Below, one piece after another: positions 57,462 to 58,389 of a stretch of DNA of 58,389 bases. The notes beneath the pieces were generated by a model. It was given only the letters and a program-made list of their open reading frames with translations, made no database searches and was not told the origin of the DNA. Within the stretch, counting starts at the first letter, position 1. Every line of letters starts with the position of its first letter. The translations under genes were made by a program, and so were the position numbers. The stretch spans positions 1 through 58,389 of the forward strand of contig JAVBMZ010000076.1 in the NCBI GenBank assembly GCA_031551935.1. The letters are read 5' to 3'. Source of the stretch: Bacteroidales bacterium. Its GTDB lineage: Bacteria > Bacteroidota > Bacteroidia > Bacteroidales > UBA4181.

Positions 57462-57646
57462 TGGAAAAATATTATTTCTTTGTCAAATGCAGTACTTATT
57501 CCAGGAAAATCGTTGGATCATTTATCAACAAAAACTACCAACAAGACTTATAGTCTAAAATACACCATTTCATAAAAAACAGTAACTTAAATATCCGCAT
57601 TTACACATGACAATGTAATGTTTATATTAATTGTATAGTCAGAAAC

Positions 57647-57696
57647 ATTAAATACTATGAAATATATATTAAATACTATAATATTTATATTAAAAC
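57647..57696. repeat. Three AT-rich sites phased at 21 bp (ATTAAATACTAT x2, ATTAAAAC)
   Basis: ATTAAATACTAT at 57647 and 57668, and ATTAAAAC at 57689. The sites lie ~250-300 nt upstream of the paralogue-3 ATG. Confidence 0.6.
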
Positions 57697-57969
57697 ACCT
57701 GAAATGACTTCACATCAATCTCAATCATCCATTGCAGATTGAATCAGAAGTAAAAATTATATCGAGGACAAAAGTGATTTAGAGGCAAATGTACCGCCCC
57801 CCTAATAGAATTACCCTGAAATTTAGAATATTATTGATATACAAAACTTAATACTATAGATGGTGTAGGTATTGCCGCAAAAAGTCATCTATCAATTCTC
57901 ATTATGCTGGGTATATGCTAAAAATAGTTGTGAAATCCGTTTTTTAAGAAAACAAAAATCACAATGGTA

Positions 57970-58389
57970 TTAATTATTACTTCTAAAATCAGTTAATAAT
58001 CTGCATTCGTGCAATTTGCCATTCTTATAGACATCAGTTCGTACAATTCCAAAACCATCAGCAAACCATTCCTCTATGTATACATCCACGGGAATGGTAA
58101 TGCCCAACGACTTACTTTTAATACTCATATTGTATCCCGTCTTGACACAATTCCAAGAACCCAGACTTGTCGTTATTCTTTCTCCGACAGATAATACTCT
58201 TCGAGCACTAATCTTACAGCACATCTTCATCATTTGTCCAATAAATTTGGCTTCTGTTTCAAATTCAAGATACGAAATGATATCTTGTCCCAGAACCATG
58301 TCCGGTGCGTAATCCAACCATGCTTCTTGTCCTTTTGCCGTTTTCCCCATTGAAATCAATAGTTGTGTTCCATCATATGTGAACCGGCC
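57970..58389 (-). CDS. Hypothetical protein, 5' end beyond the window
   Basis: The frame is open from the window end (GRFTYDGTQLLISMGKTAKGQEAWLDY...) to the stop at 57970. I recognise no motif. Confidence 0.5.
   Translation of the reverse strand, partial: GRFTYDGTQLLISMGKTAKGQEAWLDYAPDMVLGQDIISYLEFETEAKFIGQMMKMCCKISARRVLSVGERITTSLGSWNCVKTGYNMSIKSKSLGITIPVDVYIEEWFADGFGIVRTDVYKNGKLHECRLLTDFRSNN

Overview
Bacteroidota-type chromosomal segment (T9SS and gliding hallmarks, TAnnTTTG-type -7 boxes, tightly overlapping operon genes). It is almost fully coding and mostly on the minus strand. I saw no rRNA, tRNA, CRISPR array, transposase or integrase.

Left third (1-25.3 kb): housekeeping genes, namely a Tat-signal Gfo/Idh/MocA oxidoreductase (missing from the ORF track because it runs off the edge), tpiA, nadB, a YggS-like PLP protein, gdhA and a nucleoid-associated protein. 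Interleaved with these are: (i) a 2865-aa SprB-like gliding adhesin with a type-B T9SS C-terminal domain, overlapping its PorP/SprF partner; and (ii) a three-gene heterodisulfide-reductase-like operon (HdrA-like, HdrC-like, membrane HdrD/DsrMK-like fusion), followed by three phased 42-bp operator-like repeats and an outer-membrane barrel gene.

Middle third (25.4-42.8 kb): a visibly AT-richer 15-gene exopolysaccharide operon. It is headed by an orphan CheY-like regulator and a receiver-fused initiating phosphoglycosyl transferase whose phospho-acceptor Asp is replaced by Glu. A half-size TolC-like protein sits where an OPX/Wza exporter is normally found. It also carries two QxxRW synthase-like GT2 domains and a terminal ATP-grasp plus methyltransferase pair.

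Right third (44.2-57.4 kb), my best candidate for an undescribed system: a 2876-aa secreted protein made of 31 tandem ~76-aa repeats (consensus LEYFIDTDPGFGKA...GxHTLYVRAxDxxGxWSITQ) that I cannot place in any named domain family. It has no recognisable T9SS sorting domain. Three tandem paralogous secreted beta-helix proteins with a private conserved C-terminal block precede it, and a small family of CCTRACAGG hairpins punctuates the cluster.

All functional calls come from motif recognition by eye. No database search was run.
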